Source: Eledone cirrhosa (lineage: Eukaryota). From it: a stretch of 64,000 bases of DNA. The notes under the pieces are model-generated. The model made no database searches. It was given only the letters and a program-made list of their open reading frames with translations, and was not told the DNA's origin. Below, piece by piece: positions 13,843 to 25,480 of the stretch; the stretch's first letter is position 1, and every line of letters starts with the position of its first letter. The stretch is taken from the NCBI GenBank assembly GCA_964016885.1, contig OZ024744.1, forward strand, positions 31,868,001 through 31,932,000, given 5' to 3'. A program made the position numbers and the translations under genes.

Positions 13843-15000
13843 TGTATGTATGTATGTATATACATACACATTACACAGCAGGCAAACATAGTTTTACAGG
13901 CAGGAAGGGAAGGCTGGCTGGCTGCTCTTGTTGTTATAGTGGTGGTGGTGGTGGTGGTGTAGATAGATGGAGGTTTGAGATAGATAGAGAAAACAAGCAA
14001 AGAAAGATTTCAAGTAAAGAAACGGTTGCCTTGGTGGTAGGGGAGGGAGGGTGATGCGGGGGTGGGATAGAACAGTGAGACACATGTGTAGTTTATGTGT
14101 ATATATATATATGTGTGTGTGTGTGGCATAACGTACACATAAAAACAAAACAAGAACTGACGACCCTCACCACCCACCCCACACTTTTTATATTATATTT
14201 TATAACCCTTCTTCCCTTTCCCTTTAAATCCCACCCCTACCTAAGACTACCCGCCTTCTCCTTAGCCAATCCCTTTCTTTCTCGTCGTCGTCTTCTTCTT
14301 GAAGGGTAGGGATGGAGGATGTTAGGGTTGGGGAGCGTGTGAAATGCAGAATGCTTGTAAAAAGCGGCACGTGAACTTAAGTCTTGATACCATTGAACAA
14401 AACTTGTTGCCTCACAGCCACATACATACACACACATACCTATACAGATATACACACATTCTTCCGTCCTTGTAGTCCCTACGGCACCTTCCACTCACAA
14501 TAGCAGCAGTAACAACATATAATCACATTTACTTTTATATATACATTTAATTTTTTTTTCTTACTTAGTGTGTTATGAGAGAGGGAGGGTTCTTCCACCC
14601 TTTTCTTTTTTCACAAAATTTCCCACACTTTTTTTTTTATTTTTAAAGGAAGGATATTTTAACTTAACTTCTTTCTCTCTGTGTTGACACATTTAGCCAG
14701 AATGTCTTGTCAGCAGCCACAGTTGTTGTTAAGTGTTAGCTTCGTTTGTTTATTATGGAATTTTATTTCGTCGTTCTCCTTATTTCCTTCTTCCTTGCTA
14801 ATAAACTTCTCATATTTAACGACAACTTCCTTTTCTGGTCGCCATAAGTTCAAATTCTATCGCAACCAACCAGCATCTAAATTATAGACATTTATTTTAT
14901 TATAGAAATGACTTCTACAGGACTAGTACTGTCTCTCATATATATATAATTTCTTATATATATATACTATATAAACTATAAGTTCGGTGTGTGTGTGTAT

Positions 15001-15091
<91 letters not shown>

Positions 15092-15211
15092 CGAACTTAT
15101 AGTGTTATGCCTATATAAACCATTATTCAATCGCTGTTTTTTGTTGTTTTTTTTTTCATGTATTTTATAGAATTGTATATTTATTTCCCCCATTCTTTTA
15201 TCTTTTTCTAG

Positions 15212-16042
15212 GGTGAACAATTCTCTAAACTTGAGAAAGTTGACATTCTGGAGATGACAGTAAAGTACCTTCGTTTCCTTCATCAACAGCAACAGGTCAA
15301 CCTCACCACCGACTCTTTGGGTAACAAATACCGGGTACCATTGGACTTGTCTGCCGAAGTGATGCGTTATATGAACAGTGATGAGACGAGAAATAGGCTG
15401 ACCGATCACATCACCAAGTGTGTCCGAGTCAGTAGCGTAGCACAATCCATGTCTAACAATAACACTCATCATCCCTCATCAACGTCACCACCCGCTGCTG
15501 CACCACACCAAATCAACGGTGCATCTCCACCCCAGAGCAACGACCACGTACATCACAATCACAACCATGTTCACACTCATACCAGCGCCTTCGTCGACAA
15601 ATCTCCCGCGCACATCATGTTGCCGATTGCATCGAAACAGTCAGAGAATAGTCTGTTGCTGGCAGCAGCAGCAGCCGCTGCATCAGAGACACAGTACAAG
15701 ACAGTGTCCGTATCGTACGCTCCGGTCAGTTCGGCGGAAAACTCAATCACCACCAACAACCATCCAACACATGTGGTCACTTCACCGATTTCTTCCGTGA
15801 CCGCCATCAGTCCCGCTGCATCTCCATCAATCGTACACATGAAAGCGCTGGTTCCCGACAACAGCAGCGTCACCGCTACCGGTTGTTATTTGTCTACAGT
15901 ACCTGTTCCTCTCTACGTTGGTAGTATTGGTCAAATACCTAACCAGAACACAGCCAACGTAGCCGGCTTTTACACACAACAGATCAAAAGAAATACCTCA
16001 CCTGAACCTATGAAAATTATTCCCTTGTGGAGACCTTGGTAA
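15212..16042 (+). CDS. Hes: Hes coding exon 3 (GEQFSKLEKVDILEMTVKYL...Orange-like...His/Ala/Ser-rich...WRPW*)
   Basis: Polypyrimidine+TAG acceptor at 15211; SKLEKxDILEMTV helix 2; terminal Groucho/TLE-binding WRPW; in frame with ORF 15254-16042; spliced product 327 aa. Confidence 0.96.
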   Translation, partial: GEQFSKLEKVDILEMTVKYLRFLHQQQQVNLTTDSLGNKYRVPLDLSAEVMRYMNSDETRNRLTDHITKCVRVSSVAQSMSNNNTHHPSSTSPPAAAPHQINGASPPQSNDHVHHNHNHVHTHTSAFVDKSPAHIMLPIASKQSENSLLLAAAAAAASETQYKTVSVSYAPVSSAENSITTNNHPTHVVTSPISSVTAISPAASPSIVHMKALVPDNSSVTATGCYLSTVPVPLYVGSIGQIPNQNTANVAGFYTQQIKRNTSPEPMKIIPLWRPW

Positions 16043-16260
16043 AAACAATAATTAATAAAGGAAACTTATCAGGTGATGCTGGTGAAGAAATAAATGACTA
16101 CAAACTTTTTATATGTAACACAAACCCAGCTGGACAGTTGAGAACTTTCTAAGTTCTCTTTTATATTTTTATTAAATATTGAGTAGATTATATGAACGTC
16201 AAAAACACATTTTATGTTTGGGGGTGGGTCAGTTTTATTAAGTCATGCGATGACACTTGT

Positions 16261-16297
<37 letters not shown>

Positions 16298-16773
16298 CTA
16301 TTTTAAATGGAAAAGTCATGATGACACTTGTAGAAGACTTTTTTTTTTTTTAATTCCATTAAAATGAATGGAAGATTATTATAATGTTCATACAACTAAC
16401 TATGGTTGTATAACTAAGGAAAGGGCCATGAAGAGCAAGATTTTATATAATTAATAATTCTATTAGCTAGTTCAATAGCTATTTTGTTAAGAAACATCAG
16501 TTCATTATAAAGAGCCCGTCCAAAGAAATGAAACCACATCTCTCCCGAATTAATTACTCTGCGAACTTTTAACCAAAATGTTCCAGAAGATATTTTTACA
16601 CGAGTTGCGTTTCCTTAATGGAGTGATTGAACAATCCCCTACGAAAAAATATACGCAAACTTTTTTTATATACATATATAATTTATAATCTGAATGAAAT
16701 TGGTGCCCGAGAAGCTGGGGAAATTTTGTAAAGGATAACAAAAACTTTATTATTCAATATAGCAAACATCATT

Positions 16774-16810
<37 letters not shown>

Positions 16811-16893
16811 CATATATCATAAAATGACTGAGAAACCCTGAATTTTCCATCATAAATATGAAAAAATCATCCAAAACTAATAATTTTTATCAT

Positions 16894-16905
16894 CTGGCTG
16901 TGATA
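16894..16905 (+). promoter_or_regulatory. Extended K-box (CTGGCTGTGATA), miR-2-family target in putative Hes 3'UTR
   Basis: Perfect cTGTGATa K-box; complementary to nt 1-12 of miR-2a (UAUCACAGCCAG); upstream of AATAAA 16983. Confidence 0.7.
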
Positions 16906-16982
16906 AACAGTTAAAACATGTTTTTTTTTTTTTTTAATTTTTAAAAAAAAATTAATAACTAAATAATAATAATAATAATAAT

Positions 16983-17055
16983 AATAAAAACAAAAACCAT
17001 CCCTACATTTTCAAACAAGTGTTGTATTTTTTCTTATAAATTTGTCTGTTTGTTT
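16983..17055 (+). terminator. Candidate Hes polyadenylation signal (AATAAA 16983-16988 plus downstream GT/T-rich tract)
   Basis: AATAAA followed ~30 nt later by GTGTTGTATTTTT...TTTGTCTGTTTGTTTT; alternative AATAAA at 16054 and ~16089. Confidence 0.5.
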
Positions 17056-18227
17056 TAACTTACCTGTGTTCTGGACGGGAAGTTTAGTTTTAGGATATCT
17101 TTACAATAAGGTATAGGTAGGCATGACAGTTGTAAAGTTCGCTTTACAACCACGTAGTTCCAGGTTAGATCCTACGACTGTGCAGTACTTTGGAATAACT
17201 GATTTTGTGGTCACCACGAAATGCTTTAAATTTCGAAGATAATTGATTTAGCTCCCACGTACATTTTTATCTTGACATCAACACAAGTGAGCCTGTCATC
17301 CTCTTGTAGGTTTTCTACGGCTAAATCCCTTCCTATGACTTTAGTGTCTATTTATTGGGTGCATCATCGTGTGGATCACCAACAGTAGAGAGGTTGTTAT
17401 GCCCTTGACAGAACTGAAGGTCATCCCGATGTTTTTTGTCATGGTTTCTACAGCTGGGCGCCCTTCAGATAGCCAACCACAGGGTGTACTTATCCATTTT
17501 CATGACACTAGTCGATGTGTGGAGGTCGTCAGGATAATTAAGTCTAGGCTAGTTGTAGATAACAAGGATTTCTATATATGCATATTATACAGTCACGTTG
17601 GAAAATTATATAAGGGTACGTTTCTATGAAATCCCTTGCAGACTAACACGTGACGCCGACCTCGGCACGGGTGCGAAGAAATTTCAATGGACATAATAGG
17701 AAACATTAGGGTGGTTACTCCGATGTACACGGAGACTACAGGTATGGTATAGAAGGAAGAAAGGACATGTGATTCTTAAACTTCTGTGGCATAAATCACA
17801 ATTTGCAGGCAGTCGCCATGTGACAATGTTTCAGGCTGTCTGTGACAATCAGCTGAACGCCTAAAAAAAAAAAGAAACTTGATAATTACCAAGTCTGCTT
17901 CCAGTGAAGAAATATATGAGGTAACTGAACCCGAAATAAGGGACCAAAAAAGTTTTGGAACTGAAAGGTCCCTCAATCATACGTAACTTCAAGTAACGAC
18001 CGGGGGGTGGGGGATAGAGGACAACTAGGTGTCTGCAACAGTCACATGGAGCAAGGTGACGTGGACTCCTATGTGAGTAAAACCAGGCATTGAAAAGGTG
18101 GAGCAAAAAAACGATACCTGCTAGCTAATTGAGGAAGCAAGTTTCTAGATATACTCAGTAAAGTCTTGCTACTAATGTTCTGAACCGTGAGTATCAGGCA
18201 TTGGCGGATTGCAACATTAATCATGAT

Positions 18228-18412
18228 AATTGTTTCTACTTTTTGGCACAAGGCCAGCAATTACCCAGTGTATTACTGGTACTTTATTTTATCGACCCCG
18301 TAAAGATGAAAGGCAAAGTTAACCTCGGCGGGATTTGAACTCAGAATGGCAAGGGCCGTAACTCTATGAGTCAAAGCATGGCGTCCGACTCTCTAACCAT
18401 ACTTCCAATCCA
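18228..18412 (-). mobile_element. tRNA-derived Nin-domain-like SINE (copies also ~21315-21412, 24835-25000, 40650-40780, 43897-44070, 48930-49110, 50965-51100, 51480-51620, 62724-62790, 63905-64000)
   Basis: Shared GTTCAAATCCCGCCGAGGTTAACTTTGCCTTTCATC..CGGGGTCGATAAAATAAAGTACCAG with B-box-like head; ~10 copies in the window. Confidence 0.8.
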
Positions 18413-18479
18413 ATGATAATGAAATGTTATAACCTCATTCGGTGAGGCATGGAAATGACTCAAGAGAAAAACTTGAATG

Positions 18480-19225
18480 TTTAGCATCCAACAGAAACTA
18501 ACAAGATGTTTGAAAGGACCATTAAGGATATGAAGAAGGGAAAAGCATCTGGAGCATTAAAGATAGTCTCTGAAATGCTGGAGAAGCAGGACATGATCTA
18601 GTAATACATCAGTCAATCAGGTTAATACGAGGAGGTTTTATCTCATGGCTGGCGTTGCAGTATCTTCGTCAATTGCTGGATGCTCCAGAAATAAGCAGCT
18701 ACAGGAACCTCTAATTATGCAAGAATTGCAGCAGTTGCTACAGTAATGAGCTAGCTTCAGCATTCGGTCATCAGAAGAAGGGCGGTAGATGAAAAAGCTA
18801 CACCTATTTTCAACACTGTATTCGTGCCAAACCTTTACCAATCGTCATGAACCTTGGTAATGACGAAATGGGATACCCCCAAAAGGTCTCTGGAGTAACG
18901 TTACTTTATAGAGTGCGTAGCTCGGAAATCAGGGTCACTACTTCTCCAAATTGAGAGATCACAGCTCTAATACTATGGACATGAGATGAGAATGTCCCGG
19001 GAAAGAATCGCTGGACAGATTTTAACGGGGAAAACCAACTGGTAGGAGACTCAGTGGTAGACCTGGAGCAAGATGGTTGGATAACATCCATGAGCTTGGC
19101 TGGTCTTGCTGGGGGATCCAGCCGGATCATTGGGAGATGGTTGCTTCTGACAGGACCTGCTGGAAGGAGTGTTTGCGGACTCTGCCTCTTTCATGAATAA
19201 GTGGACGGTGAAGAAGAGAAGAGGA
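18480..19225 (+). mobile_element. Decayed RTE-like LINE fragments
   Basis: KDMKKGKASG-like stretch near 18525 and GRPGARWLDNI-like C-terminal stretch near 19050 followed by a GAA-rich tail. Confidence 0.4.
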
Positions 19226-19403
19226 AGGTTATGAAAGTGGTAAAAAGAAATGATAGGGTAGCTAATTAAGTTGTGAATAAGCTTCGATGAAATAGTTTTT
19301 TACGTGATAGAGTAAACCATTATACCCAGCATTTATTGACTTGAAGAAAACCTCCGACAGGGTAACACCTACTTGGGAGCCGGTAAGATAACTATATATG
19401 TGA

Positions 19404-19640
19404 AGGCGTATGACCTAATGCTTGACGTACGATCGTAATGTCGTCGGTTCGATTCCTGGATGGGCTGCTGTGTTGTGTTCTTTATTTCACGTTGCTCAAG
19501 TACACTCAGATGAGACAATTACCACCAATTGGCTGAGGGTTAAAACCTGCAATAGACCTGCGTCCTGTCCAGAGAGAGTTTTGTACTCTCAGTCGCTTAA
19601 CGCCAAGGCAACACCAGCCTGATGAGCTTTCGGTTTAGAA
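19404..19640 (+). mobile_element. tRNA-derived CORE-like SINE
   Basis: GGTTCGATTCC B-box, then TTTCACGTTGCTC..TACACTCAG; reverse-complement similarity to 24535-24795. Confidence 0.6.
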
Positions 19641-20838
19641 CACACTTTAACTAAGAGAAATATATAGAGAAGAACTATTTGTGAGTACCGTGTGGGTAGA
19701 GGTCGACCAAGTTTATGTTCTCAGTCATCTCCAAGCCATAACAGAAGTGTTTAAAATTGACTGCCTATTAGACATTTCTGTATGCCGAATATCTATTTCT
19801 CAGAAGCGAATCAGTCTATATGTCGAAACAAATCTAGAACCGAGAGGTCTAACTAACATGAGCTAGAACTGAGGTCAAACAGGATCTAGAACAGAGAGGT
19901 CAAAAGGTGAAACTAAATGAAACTTCTAAAAAAATTAAAAAAACAGCCGGCCATACACGATTTACAGAAACGGAATAAGTAGGAACTTTGTAATGTATAC
20001 CGAATGGTGCACAAAAAGTGCAGGAGAATCTCAAACAAACTGACAAAAAAGGATTAGCAAGCAGTATGAACAGACAAAAATAAAGTGTCTCAATTGATAG
20101 CTTCTATTGTCTAGATGACCTAGTGGAGATGGGTACTGCAAAAATAAAGTAGCTATAGTAAGGACGGGGTAAAAAAAGAGAGAGAGAGAGAGGGGAGGCA
20201 TGCGTGAGAGGTGATCTTATGAAGTTGAACCTAACAAAAGAAATGTTAAAGGACCCCTATCCAGTGTAGTGACACAGTGTTAAAACTAACCCATCCAACT
20301 CATGTCAGTATAGAAATGTAAACAAAAATATGGAGGGTAGCGGTAATGATACGATATCTGATGAAATGGTACTACATGTAATTGTCAGACAGATCTCCTT
20401 CTCTGGCTAAAGAGAGAAAATATTATGGTATATCAACCGGGCTTACCTTTTAGAAGGTGACTACACATGGGTTTAGTAACAATGGTTGGTTTACCTTGCA
20501 TTTGTAATTATCCTAAAAAAAATTCTTTTTTCTTCTCAAACACAGAAATATCTAGTTTATCTACAATATATTTGTTTAGGATATCGAGGTTAACATTTAT
20601 CTATAGTACCAAATCTGCATATAGTTGTCCCATTTATTAATACATATATGTATATTTACAAACATATATATATATATTTACATATATATATATTTACAGA
20701 CATATATATTTACAAACACACCGAGCATTAAAATAAATGTTCGGTGAATCCATACGTACATATATATATGTGTGCATGTGTGTATATATATACATACTAC
20801 TGTACGTCTGTATAAATATATGTATGTACGTGTACATA

Positions 20839-20883
<45 letters not shown>

Positions 20884-21263
20884 CATTAACAGAGAAAGCT
20901 TTAAGCAATACTCTGACCGACTTCCGTCTCACTCAACAAACATTAGGATATACCTTAGTATAATCCCAATTATACGTTTGGGGTGCTAACTATACGTATT
21001 TTGCGGATAGCCAGTTGTATTATTTTATATGAGACATAATTAAATATATATATATGGAAATACACATCTGATGAGCAGATCGATACTGAAGTCAGGTTTA
21101 TCATATCTTGTATGCCTAAAAGCAAATCATCTGTGAAGCATATCTAACGTTCAATATCCTATAAAAACATTTTAAAGTACAACTTAGTTCTCTGATACAT
21201 AATTTATATACTCTGCTATAACATCGAGTGTTTAAATTAATGCAACCGGCAGCAATAAACATA

Positions 21264-21317
<54 letters not shown>

Positions 21318-21507
21318 GTTTCTACTTTTGGCACAAGGCCAGCAATTAAAACAGTGTATTACTGGTACTTTATTTTATCGACCCCGTAAGGATGAAAGGC
21401 AAAGTTAACCTCTTTATATATATAATGGCTGGCTATTTTCCAATTTTTTTTCTGCTCCTTTCTCTTCTCACTCTCTATCTTTCTATTTCATCTTTTATTT
21501 CTCATTC

Positions 21508-21550
21508 CATCTTCTGATGAAGGACAAGTGTCCGAAACACGCAAAGACTG
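21508..21550 (+). ncRNA. Minimal type I hammerhead ribozyme motif, degenerate cleavage triplet
   Basis: catctt-CTGATGA-aGGAC-aagt-GTCC-GAAAC-ac-GCA-aagactg; GCA replaces NUH. Confidence 0.55.
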
Positions 21551-21630
21551 ATCTCTTACCATATCAATCGTTAAACTAATATATTTCTTCATTATACTGA
21601 TATTTCAGTTTATATATATACATATGTATA

Positions 21631-22099
21631 TAAAATAATTAAGTCAAATATGTAAAATTTGGCTTCGTTTATTATAAATTATAGATGTACTGTTATATAT
21701 ATTTCGGTGACAGCCATCCTAGTCTGTGACCTCTTCAGGCAGTCTGAATTGGTGTGGGAGAGCAGGTACACATGTTGTTGAAGTGTTTAACTCCGTCAAT
21801 ACATCGATATGTCCAGCTGCTGGTTGGGTTGTTATTTCTCTGAGGAACTGGAATCAGATGAATTAGAACAAACGAATTTCGGCGTCATAGGACACTCTCT
21901 CCTCCCGTTGGTCAGTTGTGAGAACATTCCTCAATCAAAAGTCTATAGAAATTTTTCAAGACAATCTGTTGTAGTTGTTTTTGTTTAAGTACAGCTGACC
22001 TCCTCCATTGTGATGGCTGTCACCGAAATATATATAACAGTATATCTATGATTTATAATAAACGAAGCCAAATTTTACATATTTGACTTAATTATTTTA
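21631..22099. mobile_element. Non-coding fold-back element (88-bp inverted arms 21631-21718 / 22012-22099) with hammerhead; Penelope-like pLTR derivative
   Basis: Arms reverse-complementary with few mismatches; TA tracts nearby. Confidence 0.7.
21689..21743 (-). ncRNA. Type I hammerhead ribozyme
   Basis: Minus strand: actgc-CTGAAGA-GGTCACAG-loop-CTGTCACC-GAAA-t-atat-a-TA|acagt; AUA cleavage; one mismatch at base of stem I. Confidence 0.7.
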
Positions 22100-22206
22100 C
22101 ATTATTCCGGAGTAAACAAACCAACCTGCGTACTTCATCGAATGCTCCAATCTGCATACTGAGGTGTCGGTAAACAACCAACATATACTAAAAAAACACA
22201 AAAAAA

Positions 22207-22271
<65 letters not shown>

Positions 22272-23036
22272 TATATGTGTGTGTGTGTGTGTGAGTCTGT
22301 TATAAGAAAAGATTAAAGTTTAAGCAAAGAACCACTGCTTTCACCCTTCATATTTTAGTCTTCACATTTATTATTACTATATACTAACAGAAAAACCACC
22401 CAACGGGTGGTTTTCTACTAGCATGTGTAGTGTGTATATTGATATTATACGCAAGTATATATACATGTAGATATGATACATCAAATAAAATCGTAATTGA
22501 CAATATACACAGAAATTGAACGAAGACTACGTTACACTGTCGTCAGTAATCAGTAACGTAATCCATGATACATTAAAAACACGATATTATATATAAACTG
22601 CATTAGGAGAAAATAAGTATGTTTATTTAAGCGATCGCCATCGGAAGTGTTGACATCACACACTCTCTCTTTCTATATATATGGTAGTTGAAGTGATGGT
22701 GGTGGCGACGATATAGCGGAAGTGCAACTTTCAAAAGAAGTCAATTTTAAATTATTTATTTTTACGAAATTATTTTTGTTTACGAAATTTAGTAGATAAA
22801 TTATGTAATATTAATTCATTATTTATTCAAAGTAATCCAACTTATTTTACTAACGGGGGAAAAAAACCGTACGCAGTCCCGCAGACCTTCCTTTATTATG
22901 GTTTAGATATGTGTGTGTGAGTACTTCAAACATATAACAATCTGACCCACATTTTTTTTACTAAAACTAAAAGAAATTCCCATCAGTTAGATGCGAGTTA
23001 TAAGTGGGCATAACACCACATTTCTTCCCCTCTCTG

Positions 23037-23076
23037 GACTTTTGAAAAGCATTAAAGTTGTGAAACCGGTAAAGTC
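23037..23076 (+). ncRNA. Minimal type I hammerhead with U3-A8 core variant
   Basis: gactt-TTGAAAA-gca-loop-tgt-GAAAC-cg-GTA|aagtc; perfect 5-bp stem I; palindromic ACCGGT stem III; decayed paralog at 43676-43715. Confidence 0.6.
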
Positions 23077-23361
23077 ATAAATTATTGTAAATAAACCTTC
23101 TGAAAGACTCCAATTACATTTTCAACTTTTTTATCCTATATATATAAGTGTAAATTTTTTAACTCTTTCTTAGTTAAATTTTTGGAATTCTTAGATTTCT
23201 TTTATTATTATCAGCCAAATTTGTTCTATTCGGATATATCGCTTTCCTATGAACATGTGTTCCGTGCCACGTTCTCTCATTGAGAAGTTCTATAGGAAGT
23301 AAGGTCGAAATGTTTGCGATGGTTTCTATACCTTTAGCATTATACCCTTATATATATATAT

Positions 23362-23472
23362 ATATGAATAAAGTTAGTCCTTCATCAGTGATCTTCCAAC
23401 CATCATTGGTAAAGCGATGAAATACCAATGATGGTTGGAAGATCACTGATGAAGGACTAACTTTATTCATAT
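23362..23472. repeat. Perfect 50-bp inverted repeat with 11-nt loop, arm contains CTGATGAAGGAC
   Basis: 23362-23411 is the exact reverse complement of 23423-23472. Confidence 0.9.
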
Positions 23473-23507
23473 GTAACCCATTCGCAACCACGCAGCACGT
23501 TTATTCT

Positions 23508-23630
<123 letters not shown>

Positions 23631-23852
23631 TTGTTATATAGTAAGGTGTGTTTGGGTGTGGATGTGGAGTGTGTGTGTACCCACTCAACGTCTTTTGCAG
23701 CGATAGAAATCAGACAACTTTTATGACCTCAACTGAAGTTAATAGCAGTCGCCGTATCTCTGACTGGTGTGTCTTCATATGAGGGAATGAATTCTGTGAG
23801 AGAACATCGTTATTTTTCTCCCTCATATCAAGAATTTGAAGACAATTCATTT

Positions 23853-23926
23853 TCACCTGATGAGATCAGTGATAATCGATCATGGCTTCTCAATCGATCT
23901 ATCTCTTATTGAAACATGTGTCGTGA
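23853..23926 (+). ncRNA. Type I hammerhead ribozyme with long stem II
   Basis: tcac-CTGATGA-G...ATCGAT-loop-ATCGAT...T-GAAAC-atgt-GTC|gtga; stem I TCAC/GTGA extendable; GUC cleavage. Confidence 0.72.
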
Positions 23927-23995
23927 TTAAATGATTGAAATTTTACCTTGCCTTCGGATTTTCATTTTTATATATATACATATATATATATATAT

Positions 23996-24075
<80 letters not shown>

Positions 24076-24534
24076 TTAACCTGTTGGTTTTCTCGCGTTG
24101 CTTCGGTGTCGTGGCTAGGCTTGCCTGCCACAGTTTTCAATTTGGCATGCCGTCTAACGAATGTTATTACTCTGAGATTCCTCATCGAGTGCTTGGCTGC
24201 ACAATTCCTCATTGTATCTCGTTGGCTTGGCTACAGCCTAAGCTTCGATTTTACTAAACTTCCATTTATATATATACATATATATATAAGAAAAAAAAGT
24301 CAGGACCCCGACGGCTGAGCTCCGCCCCTTTCGGCAGCTAGATCCGGATTCATTCGGTGAAGTTATTAAATTTAATTCCTTTTGAGGTTTCTGTTTGTTA
24401 TTTCAAGCAAAGTTTTCTATCTTTATCCTCGAGTATATTGTTTTTATTAATTTTATCTTTCTTCTTTGTAATAGTCTTAATGCACACAACTTGCAATATT
24501 GGTATAAAATGTATGTTTCTAAAGTCTAAAGTTT

Positions 24535-24795
24535 GTCTCGAGCCCGGAAGCTCATCAGACCGGTTTCTACTGCATGAAGTGACCGAAAGTACAACCCCGA
24601 TCCTGGAGAGGACGCCAATCCATCGCAGGGTTAAAACCCCAGTTATTGCTGGTACTCATTTTGAGCTAAGTATACTGGAGCAACGTGAAATGAAGTGTTT
24701 TGCTCAAGAACACAACACACAACCGAGTCCAGGAATTGAACCCATGACATTATGGTCGTAAGTTCAACATACTTACCACTAGGCCACGCGCCTCG
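24535..24795 (-). mobile_element. tRNA-derived CORE-like SINE
   Basis: Minus strand begins AGGCGCGTGGCCTAGTGG (A-box-like), then GGTTCAATTCC (B-box) and GTGTTCTTGAGCAAAACACTT. Confidence 0.7.
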
Positions 24796-25480
24796 ACATA
24801 ATGTATGTTTTATGCCATTATTCTACACGCAAGGGCGGTGGATTAGCAGTATCGGTAGAGGGTCACGCCGAGGTTAACTTTGCCTTTAATCCTTACGGGG
24901 TCGATAAAATAAAGTACCAGTCACGCACTAGGATCGATTTAATCGACTTTCCCGTCCCCGCAAACAGCTAGTCTTCTGTCTAGATAAGAAACTATTATTT
25001 TGCACACATTTTGGCTCAGTTAAGTTGGACGATTTTTATTTCGAATGATTTCCTATGATCCTTGTCAAATTTAACATTGAACAGTGTTTGGTTGATCCTT
25101 GTGAGGTGCAGAGCTTGTAAGTTTTATGATAGACCAGACATTGTTAATTTAGACTCATGAAATATTATTCATACCAGAAAATTGTCCCCCTAGAAAATTT
25201 AATCTTACAAAAGTTATTTTCCATATAAAAATATCAAAACTATGATGTGCTGAAGATGAAACATTTTCAGGGCATATATTTTGCTCAGGATTGAACACAT
25301 ATTTCCTCTCATTCAATTGTCATATTGAGCATATAAGCACATGAATGTCATCTCCCCGAACATCTATTCTAATTACATGATGGAACATCCCTGACATCTT
25401 AAAACACCTACATATCTGACAAAATACAGCAACATGACTGTGAACTCCCTATTTTATTTTTGTTAATTAAACCTTTTGTA

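Noticed and set aside
18745-18778. Minus-strand CTGATGA...GAAG hammerhead-like string
   Set aside because: No stem I or stem II pairing
19620-19640. CTGATGAG motif (also CTGATGA at 20358)
   Set aside because: No downstream stem II/GAAA/NUH; first lies in a SINE tail
24745-24795. tRNA gene
   Set aside because: A/B boxes belong to SINE heads; no complete cloverleaf
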